A stretch of DNA of 64,000 bases from Phyllobates terribilis (Eukaryota): assembly GCF_046119375.1 (NCBI RefSeq), contig NW_027362762.1, forward strand, positions 694,090,001 through 694,154,000, in the 5' to 3' direction. The notes below the pieces were generated by a model. The model was given only the letters and a program-made list of their open reading frames with translations. It was not told where the DNA came from and did no database searches. Positions 1-11,234 of this stretch are shown here, one piece after another (position 1 is the first letter of the stretch; the number at the start of each line of letters is the position of its first letter). Both the position numbers and the translations under genes were made by a program.

Positions 1-141
1 AGTGCCGCTGGTGGAATTATAACTGATAAGTGCATCCGCCTGTCAGCTGAAAATGCTGACAGGCTGACTCTTATAAAAATGAACAAGGGCTGGATTGGGC
101 CAGACTTCTCAACACCACCAAATGACAGAAGCGTAACATAA
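1..141 (+). pseudogene. hAT transposase C-terminal (hATC dimerisation domain) end, partial
   Basis: Frame 1 reads SAAGGIITDKCIRLSAENADRLTLIKMNKGWIGPDF...VT-stop (TAA 139-141); near-identical to the end of the transposase at 43019-43178. Confidence 0.85.
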
Positions 142-565
142 ACTCAAATCCAGTGTCTTTTCTTGGGAGGTGTATTCCCATGCACCTTTTCACACCCACA
201 CACGGGTATACGCTTCCTGATTTTGTCTATTTGCTCTTGTCCTCCTCCTTCTCCTCATCCTCCACCACCATATCACCAGGGTGACCGTGGTCCGTGATGC
301 AACACCCATATAATTTTTTTAAAGGGTGTTTATGATGCCCGTCATTTTTTTTTTATATACAGTATGTTCATGTACACCCCCCAAGGGTAAATGTTTGTCA
401 GCCCATACACTTAGTGCATGGGCATTACAAGTATAGGAGGCCCGCTCCTTTCTAATGGGAACATTTTTTAATGAGGCCCTCCTCCACGTCTCTTCCAAGG
501 GTCATTGAAGTGCCTCCAAATTTTTTGCAGCCCTTGCATTCACTGCATAAGCCAATACTATGGGA

Positions 566-1250
566 GACTCTCTCCTTTCTAATGGTAATTTGTCGTTACT
601 GTGGCCCTGCTCTATGTGTCTTTAAATCCTTAGTGGGTTTTTTCCTAAAATTGATCAGCCGTTGGACTCACTGCATTCCCTATAACTGTATAGCAGACTC
701 TCTCCTTTCTAATGGGAACATGTCGCACCTTGTTGCTGTGGCCCTGCTCCATGTGTCTGTAAATTCTTAGTGGGTTTTTTCCTAAAATTGGTCAGCCATT
801 GGACTCACTGCATACCCTATAACTGTATAGCAGACCCTCTCCTTTCTAATGGGAACATGTCGTACCTTGTTACTGCGCCCTGCTCTGTGTGTCTTTAAAT
901 TCTTAGTGGGTTTTTTCCTAAAATTGGTCAGCCGTTGGACTCCCTGCATACCCTAAAACTGTATAGCAGACTCTCTCCTTTCTAATGGTAACATGTCGTA
1001 CCTTGTTACTGTGGCCCTGCTCCGTGTGTCTTTAAATTCTTAGTGGGGTTTTTCCTAAAATTGGTCAGCCGTTGGACTCACTGCATACCTTTTAACTGTA
1101 TAGCAGACCCTCTCCTTTCTAATGGGAACATGTCGTACCTTGTTACTGTGGCCCTGCTCTATGTGTCTTTAAATTCTTAGTGGGGTTTTTCCCAAATTTT
1201 GGTAGCCCTTGCAGTCACAGCATGGGCATTACCATTATAGGAGACCCGCT
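566..1250. repeat. ~137-bp tandem repeat, ~5 copies, in hAT 3' region
   Basis: Anchor GAC(T/C)CTCTCCTTTCTAATGG at 566, 696, 833, 969 and 1106, with a divergent copy at 1243. Confidence 0.95.
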
Positions 1251-1714
1251 CCTTTATAATGGGAACATTTTTTTTACTGAGACCCTCCTCTATGTCTCTT
1301 CAAAGGGGTATTGGGTTGCGTCCAAATTTTTGGCAGCCCTTGCAGTCACTGGATACGCAATAACAGTATAGGAGACCCACTTGTTAATAATGGGAACAAC
1401 AAAGCATAGCCGGCTTTTAGCTCGCTAACAATAGCTAGGGCCAACTGCTGGCTTTTTAAGAATAGTAAGGGCCGTCTGATGTCCCTATAAAAATAGGCTT
1501 TATAACTTTCAGAATCCCTCCATCATAAATAAAACAGGATGTGTCTGATAATGTGCCACACACCACATTGCCAGATAAGGTTGTAAAATGTTAAAATGAC
1601 ATTTCCCGGTGAATGCATTTGTCTTAAAAAAAAACCCAAAACAATAGGATCTTTCTTTAGTATAAAAAACAGCGTCACCAATTTAACCTCAATGTAATTA
1701 CATTGTTCAGCTCA

Positions 1715-1955
1715 TGCACCTCCTCCTCCATCTCCGAAATGACCACATCAGTCACAAGCTGACAGCACTGCAGCACTGCCTTGGCCAAGCGGCAACAGGC
1801 TGTGCTGAAGATAACATGCTTAATGCTTAATTGACAAACCGCCCAGCACTGCAGAGTTGTTGAAAGCTGTAACACAGCAGCCTGATCTGTGTCTCTCACC
1901 GCTGAACATACAGCCAGGCATGGTCGTGTGTGACAATGGGCGGAACCTAGTGACG
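1715..1955 (+). pseudogene. Internal hAT transposase fragment (sense) duplicated into the 3' region
   Basis: Homologous to 41465-41700 (…GCACTGCAG.ACTGCC…GCCAAGCGGCAA…CAGGCATGGT.GTGTGTGACAATGG.CG.AACC; encodes the VCDNG catalytic-D motif). Confidence 0.8.
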
Positions 1956-2296
1956 GAGAAATGACAGCCGGGGTAGATACGGTTTCCCTCTATGCCAGTC
2001 CTTTCACCGAGCTAAAGAATATGGCTGTGGTGAAATACAACTCCCACTGAGAAGCTGTTTCAGATTGAAAAACATTGTGCCCACCAGAGGATTTGATTCT
2101 GAGGGATAACCTTTCTCACCCATTCAAGAGCCCCATAGCAGCTGCAAAGTTAGCGCTATCATGAACTCTCCTGAGGTAGAAGCCAAGGCACAGCAGAGGA
2201 TTCTCTGGTGGGACCGTCCAACCCAGCCGAGAAGCAGTCCTGTCTAAGAAAAGTGTGTAGGAAGGTTCCCGGACACTCTCTGGCTGCTTTTTTACT

Positions 2297-2425
2297 GAGG
2301 AGGAAACACATGCAAACACAGGGAGAACATACAAAGTCCTTGCAGATGTTGTCCTGGCTGGGATTTGAACCCAGAATCCCAGCGCTGCAAGGCTTCAGTG
2401 CTAACCACTGATCCAATGTGCGGCC
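2297..2425 (-). mobile_element. tRNA-derived V-SINE, 5' part only
   Basis: Reverse complement aligns with 54455-54590 (A box, B box GGTTCAAATCC, start of V-domain TGTATGTTCTCCCTGTGTTTGC). Confidence 0.85.
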
Positions 2426-2749
2426 GTTCACCCTCTAATATCATACAGGCTGGAGAAACTTGCACCTACTGCCACTCTATCTTCAGCTCCTTTGTGAGAA
2501 AATGTATTTGGGCAGCCATTCAGTCTACCAAATAAAATTCCTGAGAAGGAAATTGGGGATGGCTTCGCTATTGGTACTGGGGGCAGTGCTAATACCATGG
2601 CGTCGTACCATAGTTTGCTGGAAATATTCCAGGCTGGTAGGAGGCAAGCAAATTCCCACAGAAAAGTACCAGCAGCAATGTTCAGGCCACATTTAAAGTG
2701 CAAGCAGCTTTAGAGGACTTCCTGTGAGAAATGACTCGCAGGGTAGATA

Positions 2750-3772
2750 CGGTTTCCCTCTATGCCTCTATGGATACCCGGTCGCCGCCGGCATGAGGTT
2801 GTGAAAAGCTTCCGCCTCCACAAGCTTAAAAGGCCATATTTCAAGTGCAAAGAGCTGCCAAGAAATCTGGCAGTTTAGTGTTGCGGCCTGTGGGTGAGTG
2901 AGTGGCTGGCTGCATACTTGCGCTTGCATTCCAAGTAACAGAAAACTAAGCAGATGGTGGCCTCTATCATCATCATGGCCTCACCTCGGCACTATGAACT
3001 CTCCTGAAGGAGAAGCCAGCGCCCGCCGGAGCAGTCTCCGGTTCTTTGGTGGGCCCATCCAACTCTGCTGAAAAGCAGCCCTGGCTAAGAAAAGTGTGGG
3101 GGAAGGTTCCCGGACACTCTACGGCTGCTTTTTTAATGTGGATCAGCCATGCTTATGCATGCTATTTCTCAAAACGCATTACAGATCAGGCCATTGTCCA
3201 ACTCTGTATTCAATAAATTAAATGCGCAAAGAAAGATGTGTGTGTGTCAAAGCACCACCGACAAGTGCGAGTTGATGTTGGATGGGCTGCCATTGCTTCT
3301 GCAACAAGCTCAATTATAGGACTTCCTGGGAGAAATGACAAGCAGGGTAGATACGGTTTCCCTCTATGCCAGTCCTTTCACTGAGTTAAATACAACTCTC
3401 AGCAAAAAAAGTTGTGGACTGGCTCCGTACCGTCCCTGGCCACATTCACCTGTCCACGTGTTTGTGGTTGGGCGGTCCTTCCCAGTAAGTGCACTGGGGA
3501 GGGCATGGGTAATGTTGTGGGACCCGTGCTTATGGAAGGTGGAGACGACACCGGGAGAAACAGTGGCGGCTGGGGACCGAGTATGGACACCCAGCCGCCG
3601 CCGGCATGCGGTTGTGGAAAGCTTCCGCCTCCACGAGCCTAAAAGGCCACATTTCAAGTGCAAGCAGCTGTCAAAAATGTGGCAGTATAGTATTGCAGCC
3701 CCAAGGAATGGGGTAGGGACAACTGAACGCTGCAGTGGGACAAGGATGAGGACGGTGATTGTTGCAAGTCTG
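2750..3772 (-). pseudogene. Antisense-oriented hAT transposase fragments inside hAT copy 1 (continues 4929-4990 after the solo LTR)
   Basis: Minus-strand translation includes HNITHALPSALTGKDRPTTNTWTGECGQGRY, similar to transposase QNICRALNNAVTGRLHLTTDT*TSACGQGWY. 2750-2940 encodes the KRKYAA..H segment. Confidence 0.8.
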
Positions 3773-4924
3773 TGACGCACCCACGGGATGGGGACTCGGC
3801 GCCTGGGCCTTGCTGTTTGGTTTTGGGGGACGCCGCGGTGGTCGGCTCACGGGGCCGTACCCTGCGGTCACTCTTAAAAAGCAAGGAATTGGGGAAAAGG
3901 TGTATGGGAAGGGGAAAGTTCGTGACGCCACCTGTGGTGTCTGGTGAGGATCACCAGCGCTGCTACAGTCCTCTGAGGCCGGTGATCCGGCAGCTTAGAT
4001 GGTGCAGCTCCCCACAGGTGGAGCGGGGCCTCAGGGCAGCGTAAGAGAAGGGATGCAGGACAGAGGGGACCCAGCCGGGTCGGAGGAAGAATAGGCACAC
4101 ACACGACAGTTCCCTTCAGTACCTTTACTGGTGGTGTTTCAGGCACGATCCAGGACACTGTAGAGTGAAGGGTGCATATCAGGACTCTCCCCAGTGAGCG
4201 GGTGTGGGGCCTCCTGCTTCTTGCCTTTTCCTGTTAAGTTTATGACCTCCCTGGAGCTAGGCCTAACTTGGTCTCTGTCTTGCACCGGCTGACCTGGTGG
4301 TAGGGCCTTCTGTTGGAGATCACACTCCCTGGTCTCTTGGGCCTCAGTGACTCCTGACCCTGGTATATCAGTAAGCTTTTGGTGTTCCTGGGACATGTAG
4401 TTCGCCAGGGATCCCGGTTGTTTCTGTTGGTCCTAGAGATCCTTGCAGACTCGGACCCGGTGTCCGGTAAATGCTTGTGGGGTGAGCTGGTTAAGCTCCT
4501 CTGTCCCCTATGTAGCTCGCTTACTCCACTTGCCTTCGGCCACGCTTGGGGCCCTCACTAGGCTTCACACTGGCAGTAGGCCTCGCTACTCTTCACCGCT
4601 CTTATGGCGCCGGCATGCCTTAAGCTCACTGACTGAGCTTTATGAGTCTGAACTCTCTCTAGAGGGACTGGAACTACCTCTGTCCCTTGAGGAAACTGTT
4701 CTCTAGACTGAGCTCAACTCCACGGCTGACCTCTCTCAGGCTCCTCTACTGCAGGAACTGACTGCCTAGCTCCACCTTACCTTTTTATATCCCTATCCGG
4801 GCTCCCTCTGGTGGTCTGAGGTGGAAGGTGGAGGTGTGTGAATGCTATGAGGGCCTCTTGTGGAGGAATCCGTCCATGCACCCCTCCAGGATCTGTGGCA
4901 CCAATGCGCAGCAGGGGCGCCACA
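3773..4924 (-). mobile_element. Solo LTR (1152 bp) of a Gypsy family related to the full-length element
   Basis: Ends TGACGCACCC…GGGGCGCCACA resemble TGACGCGCCC…GGGGTGCCACA of the full element. 4-bp TSD TCTG (3769-3772, 4925-4928). The empty site GTTGCAAGTCTGCAACGAC is seen in the paralogous hAT sequence at ~45546-45564. TATA and AGTAAA motifs are on the minus strand. Confidence 0.92.
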
Positions 4925-5113
4925 TCTGCAACGACAGGTGCATGGTAGGAGGCATCTTCGCATGCGCCAAGGATCACTTATGATGGACACACTTTTAGGC
5001 AGTGACCTGGGAGTCAGAAATGCTTCCAGAGGTCTTCCCCATGCTGTTCCCATGTCTTTTCAGCACTGTATGCATGTGTCTGATGATGTGTCACACACCA
5101 CATGGCCAGATAA

Positions 5114-5951
5114 GGCTGGGTGCCCACGTAGCGTTTTTCAAGCGTTTATGCTGCGGAATTTCCGCAGCGTAAACGCTTGTTAAACGCTAGATAATCCGCA
5201 CCCCATGGTCTCCAAGGGGATTCCGCATGTTCTATGCACATGCTGCGGATTTTTCCGCAGCGTTTATGCTGCGTACAAAAATCCGCAGCATGTCATTTAA
5301 TTTTGTGGAAGCGCAGCGGAACTCCCGCCATTGACTTGCATTGAAACACATAGAAACCGCGACTGTACATTTGTACAAGCGGCTTCTATGCGTCTCTATG
5401 TGCGGATGGTACCCAGTTCTGGAGGAGAGGAGACTCTCATCCAGACCTGGGTACCATTGTACCTGTAAAAAAAGAATAAAATAACAAATAAAGTTTATAC
5501 TCACCTTTCCGAAGGCTTCTCTCTGAATGCCGGCATCGCTTGAGGACCTGCGGTGACGTCACAGTCATGTGACCGCAGGCCCTTCACCGCTCTGCCTCGC
5601 GATATGCCGGCAGCGGGAACCAGCCAGGAAGCAGCGCTGCAGCCACGCCGGGACATCGGGGGTGAGTATAGCTTTATTTGTTTTAATTTTTACGGTTCAT
5701 ACTGTATAAATCCATGCTGTTTGCATGGATTTATACAGTGTGACCTAGTTGTCAAGCACTTTCCAAGTGATGCTATCGCCTGGAAAGCGCTTGTCAATCT
5801 GCATGCGGAAACGCATGTGAATCCGCATGTGGATCCGCATGTATTCTGCAGGAAAAACGCATGCACAATCTGCATGCGTTTTTTCTGCCAGGGAGATGCA
5901 GAAATGCTGCAGAAATTTTCTGCTTCATTTCTGCATCGTGGGCACATAGCC
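5114..5951. mobile_element. PIF/Harbinger-type MITE
   Basis: TIRs GGCTGGGTGCCCACG / CGTGGGCACATAGCC (13/15). TAA TSD at 5111-5113 and 5952-5954. Empty site GCCAGATAAGGTTGTAAAATG at ~1570 and ~46545. Confidence 0.88.
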
Positions 5952-6798
5952 TAAGGTTGTAAAATGTTAAAATGACATTTCCTGGTGAATGCATTTGTCT
6001 TGGTTGAAAGCAATGCCAAAGTGCAAAAACGCATCAAAAACGCTACGTGTGAACATAGCCCAAGGTGTGGAGGAGTATTTTTGTTTTTGGTTATTTATTT
6101 TGCCTTATATACAAGTCATTACCCTGGAAAGGATGTTCCTTAACATATTTCCCAGGAAAATCCATTTTGGTTTAGTTTTTATATGCTCTATTGTGAATCC
6201 GTAAAAGTGGCGTAATACTCTGACCATGTTGTTGTCAGCAGTGATCTGGGAGTCAGAGATACTTCCAGGGGTCTTCCCCATGCTGTTCCCATGTCATTTG
6301 AGCACTGTTACCATCGATTTGGGCAATTTCTAGGCCCTCTGCAGACCGCCGTGGGGAGCCGCCTGAAAAATGCTCGAGTTTCCCATAGACTTACATTGGG
6401 CTCGTTGCTCGGGTCGAGCACCCGAGTATTCCAATTTGCTCGACCCGAGCAACGAGTACCTGAGCATTTTAGTGCTTGCTCATCACTAACGATGTCCTGT
6501 GTCCTCACACATCCTACTATGATTAAAGACTAAGTTTTAACTATGTTTTTTTGGTGCTGAATAGCATCCCCCTTTTCACAATTAAGAGCCAAGTTTGCAC
6601 TGTTTAAATTGTTGACAGTTTTAAATAAAAAGTTACACATTGTGGCTAATAGAACATTTTATGTAAAGTAGTTATTACACACATAAAGCTGACATCAGAT
6701 AGCTGAACCAGAAAAACTAAATGTAGCTGCTGAATGCTTTTGGGTTCACATTCTTATACCTCCCAGCTGTGAATTGATAGAGAGCTGCAGCTACTTAA

Positions 6799-7372
6799 AG
6801 GGAACCTGTCACCAGTTTTTGAGCCTATGAACAATTGGCACCACCTTGAACTGCTCCTGTTCTGCATCCCACAAATGTGTCTATAAGCTCCCCACTCCCC
6901 CTGTATACTCCAAAAAATACCGTTTGATATGCTCCTGCGCTGTATGTAAATAAGGGTAGTCCGGTCTGATGGGCATACTCGCTGAGGCATCTGTCCCTCC
7001 TCTCTTCTCCTAATAACACTCTCCTGCTTTGATTTATCTGGACTTGTCATTCACATTGCGTACCGAGATATCACACCTGCGCAGCAGCCTTACAGGACCA
7101 CACAGGCACACTCTGCTCTGCCATCCTGTAAGCAGGGCATAAAACAGCACTGCACAAGCGCTTAGCAACGTCATCATTCACATGAATCAAAGCCAGGCGC
7201 TTGAGCAGTGCTTTTTTAGCAGGCGTGATGTCTTGGTTCGCAATGTGGATGATGCGTGTACATCAATCAAAGAGGGAGGATGTGATTAGGAGCAGAGAGG
7301 AGGGACAGACGCCTTAACAAGGACGTCCATCGAACCAGAGCACCTTTTTAGTACAAAAAATAGCACGATCCT
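6799..7372. mobile_element. Kolobok/T2-type MITE (degenerate right end)
   Basis: TTAA|AGGGAACCTGTCACC start; internal inverted repeat (7021-7090 vs 7219-7280); ends …CCT|TTAA. Confidence 0.6.
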
Positions 7373-7475
7373 TTAAATTGTTGCAAGTTAGTCTTCAACT
7401 GCGCAAAAGATACAATTAAACAGATTTTGTGTTTCATTAGGGAATGGAAGGACAATTGTACAAAAATTTGGAGAC

Positions 7476-8437
7476 TGTAGCATCGGTGTCTCTGCCCCCT
7501 GCCAGGCAGAGACGCCGTCCCTCTCACCGCTGCGCTCCTTGCCCGGCATCCTCCAGCGCTCTTCTTCCTGCTTCTGCTGCCGGCGCGTGCAGCTTCCCGG
7601 GTACTGTGCTTAGAGCGCGAGTGCGCGCACCTTCCCTCTTAAAGGGGTCGCGCGCGCCTCCCTAAGGAGTCCCCGGCCAATTGCCGGTGGCCCTCCCATA
7701 TATAAGGCACCTCCTCCAAAATGGAGGTGCCCGAGCAATAGTTGATGCACAGTGTTCTAACCTCTGTTTCAGCCCTCAGGTCCCGCTGCTAGCCTGACTA
7801 CTAGTCCTGCCCGCCAGCCTGACTATCAGTCCAGTCCGCCAGCCTGACTACTCTCCAGCCCGACAGTCTGTCTTCCATTCAGTCTGCCAGTCTGTCTATG
7901 GGCCTCACCCGCCTGCTTACCTGGAAGCACCTGCCTGTTACCTGTAAGCCTACGTGGAGGCTCCTGCCCGTCACTTGCCGTGACCACCTGACAGCCTACC
8001 TAGAGGCTCCTGCCTGTCACTTGCCGTGACCACCTGACAGCCTACCTAGAGGCTCCTGCCTGTCACTTGCCGTGACCACCTGTCAGCCTACCCGGAGGCT
8101 CCTTCCCGTCACTTGCCGTGACCACCTAGTCTACCTAGAGGCTCCCGCCTGTCGCCTGCTGTCTCTGCCAGTTCATCTACCCGGACCTCTCGTCATCCTG
8201 CCCGCTGTGCCCATTTGCAGTATCGGTCAGTCTCAGCCATCTGACCCATGGGAGTCACCTGCTCTCTTACAAGGTCATCCCCAGAGTAGCACCTGGTCCC
8301 TCTGCTCGGTCCCTCCCAGGTCACAGAGTCGTTAGCCGCCGTACGACCTGGTTCGGTCCGAGTTGATACTTAGTTACGCCCCTCTGGGTCGCTCCTTGCA
8401 CCGCAGCACAGAGGTTCCACCACCCGGATCCGTAACA
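7476..8437 (+). mobile_element. Solo LTR (962 bp) of a second retrotransposon family
   Basis: TG…CA termini (TGTAGC…CGTAACA); perfect 5-bp TSD GAGAC (7471-7475, 8438-8442); GC-rich with TATATAAG at ~7700. Confidence 0.88.
7945..8155. repeat. 46-bp minisatellite (~4.5 copies) inside the solo LTR
   Basis: Unit CCTACCTAGAGGCTCCTGCCTGTCACTTGCCGTGACCACCTGACAG; GCTCC anchors at 7960, 8006, 8052, 8098, 8141. Confidence 0.9.
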
Positions 8438-9611
8438 GAGACATTTCGAAAAGTCACAGATAATGAATTATAAAAAAAAGCGCTAAGGTACTGTCTGCGG
8501 TGTCCACCACTCAGACATGTGGCGCGGTGGACAGTGCAGACAGTACCTTAGCGCTGCAGCAGGCAGTTTATGCACCTCCAGAGGACTGATAAAGGTCTGA
8601 TTGACCGAAACATCTTATTTATTCTGGAATTTCTGTGAGCTATTAAAGAGTCATTTGTTTATATGAAGAAAGCAAGTGCCAAGTTTTACTTTAATTATTT
8701 ACGGATTGGGGTCCTACTTGTGCACCAAAGAAAAAACAGAAGTGGAGTGTCTGTTCTCAGACATAATGAATTAGACTAAAATATCCAGAATAGCTTCAAT
8801 GCTGCATGGTTCAGGAGCTTGGAGGAGCTTGGTGTTCTTTGAGAAGGCGTGCGGTGGATTTATGTAAGACTGTTGCTAGGCTTTGATTGTGTGCAAATCC
8901 CTTTCCTTCTACTTTGGTTTTTCCATCTTTCACTCCCAGGTGTTTCCCTCTGTTGTTTGTCTGTGCATATTTGTATGATTGGTATTTTTCTTTATCCCTG
9001 TTCTTATTACCTTGTTAGTATGGTTGGTGCATTGCCATACACTACCCTTTTCCCTGGGTGGGGGGATGGGGAGAGGGAACAGCCTGAGGGCTGATTCAAG
9101 AGGTCAGCAAGGAACGTGACCCCGGCGTCTTCAACTTCAGAATTAATCCAGGGAACAGGGATAGCTAGGGTTCCCCTAGCATTAGAGACAGGAAGGGAGC
9201 CCCTGGCCCCGGGATATCTGACAAACAGAGGTCTGACAGATGCAATATAATGAACTATTGCACTGTAAAAGGCCCATATACTGTTCTTGCACAGGGGCCC
9301 TCTTATGTCTGTGTCTGTCCTTACTGTGGGGGTACTAACAGATTTACAGATAGAGCATATGACAAGGTGTGGGATCTAAATCTAATATTTCCATCAAACA
9401 CTATAAGGCACAGTATAAACATTCAATAAAACTACAAGTATGTTGTTTTTATCTTTCATGACAAATTGACACAGAACAAGCAAACAAAATTAGAAATACA
9501 TATTGTCAATATATTCAAGAGAGTCTGGCACTCCTAAAATGCCAACTAAATTGCGTATACATTTATATAGACCCTATGAAAATCATACCAGGCATATACA
9601 GTTTAATTTGA

Positions 9612-9969
9612 AGGGAATGTCCAGTCTTTTGTTAAGTCTGCAGTCACTCTATATGTGACTGCAGACTTTTGAATCCTCATGCTGTTTGGATTTTCTGTCA
9701 GTCACATGACTGCAAGCATGCAATATGCATACCTCCGGCCACATTCCGACTAGACATACGTGTAGAAGTGAATTGAACAAGGCTGTACACATCTAGTTGG
9801 AATGTAGCTGTAAGTATTCATATCGGATACTTGCGGTCATGTGACCACCCGCTCTCACCGCATACACGGGAGAATCCTGACAATGTGCGGAGCGTGTGCT
9901 TTGAGGATTCTGAAGTCTGAAGTTCCATATTGTGACTACAGACATTTAGTTAAAGGTCAAACAACCCCT
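9612..9969. mobile_element. Kolobok/T2-type palindromic MITE
   Basis: Termini AGGGAATGTCCA…/…AAACAACCCCT with degenerate TTAA TSDs (TTGA/TCAA); arms are mutually inverted (AAGTCTGCAGTCAC…/…GTGACTACAGAC). Confidence 0.6.
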
Positions 9970-11234
9970 TCAATATCAGGTGAAAAATCTACTTTTCTTT
10001 AGCATGTGAATGAGGGCACTTTAGTGCACCTTTGGAGTGGAATGCACCCACAGCCATGTTGTGCTGCTCTCCTCCAGCGTCAGTGCGCAAGCACAGAGAC
10101 GCAAACTGGTTTTATACGTTGCTCCCTCTTACCAAAGGAGCACTGTCCATCAAGATAAAGGACCGGCTTTAATATGCAATTAGGAGGGGTGACAGTGCTC
10201 CAAGTAGTAAGCTACCCCAAGGGTGCACCGGAGCACCCTCATTTGACTATTAAATAAAATATTTTTCAGCAAGTATTAAGTTAAACTGTAATTGGCTGGT
10301 ATAATTTTTATAGGTGCCACATCACCTTTATAAATGTCTCCGCAATTTAACAGTCATTTGGGGGTGAAAGACTCCTTTTAAATAACATATGAACCAACAG
10401 CCTGTGAGAAAAATTGGTATTTTGGGGACAAAATACTAAGAAAAATACTTTAAAAGTCCTATATCACATTACGTTCTTCTTCACAGCGCTACTGACCTCC
10501 AGCTACAAGTCATCTAGTTAAGTAAAAAAATACTGCTCTTGTGATATAAACATGATAACGTCATAATATTTATAACAAAAATATGGGCACAGCAAAAATT
10601 TCCTAATCAGTCTTTCTACTAAAACAGTCTCCAAATCTGCACTCTTACTTCTATAATACAGTCCCACTCAAGGAACATTATATATATGTTTTTTTTCTTC
10701 CATATTCTTTATAAATGTTTTTAAAGCATATGTTGGTTTAATGATTGATAGCTTATGAAATGTTCACAATAAAGAAGTGCTCGAAATGGCCAAACCGCTC
10801 ATTAATGCCGATCACCTTTTGTAGTGTTGCTAAGAGACCTGAGACTTGGCCTCTTGAAACACAATGGGGTTATTTCACATAAAATTATGGTTGAACTACA
10901 AATCACTTATATAAAATAAGAGCCTGTCACATTCATTGTAGAGTTTTATTATAGCAGAAGAACTTTAGAACTGCATGTTCCATTTACTGTTAAGTCATTA
11001 TACTATTTGTACTAATCTTACTGATCTCACTGATCATTTTATAATAGGGCAGCCAATAACTCTAATAACACCAACCTAGTTATTATTAGAAAGGAACATG
11101 AAGCATCCTTTCAACTCATACGACATACTCTTCTATTTGGCCCTCCAACCGAGATGTCACATGAAATGCAGTGGGTGGCATTCCACACTTTTGATTTGTG
11201 CTTTTAATGTGTTACATTTAGGCACAGATCCTTA

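Larger units (their letters stand above)
1..6488 (+). mobile_element. Right part of an Ac-type hAT DNA transposon (copy 1; left end outside window)
   Basis: Starts with the transposase C-terminus homologous to 43019-43178. Ends in subterminal CTCGG/CCGAG motifs and TIR TGCTTGCTCATCACTA (to 6488), matching the end of copy 2 (TGCTTGCTCAACACTA). 5955-6488 is colinear with 46553-47085. Confidence 0.9.

Noticed and set aside
8863-9238. LTR-like segment (TGTAAG…TCTGACA)
   Set aside because: No matching TSD found and boundaries are uncertain.
10826-10866. Second hammerhead-like relic (CTAAGAGACC…GGCCTCTTGAAAC)
   Set aside because: Core too degenerate to distinguish from chance by eye.
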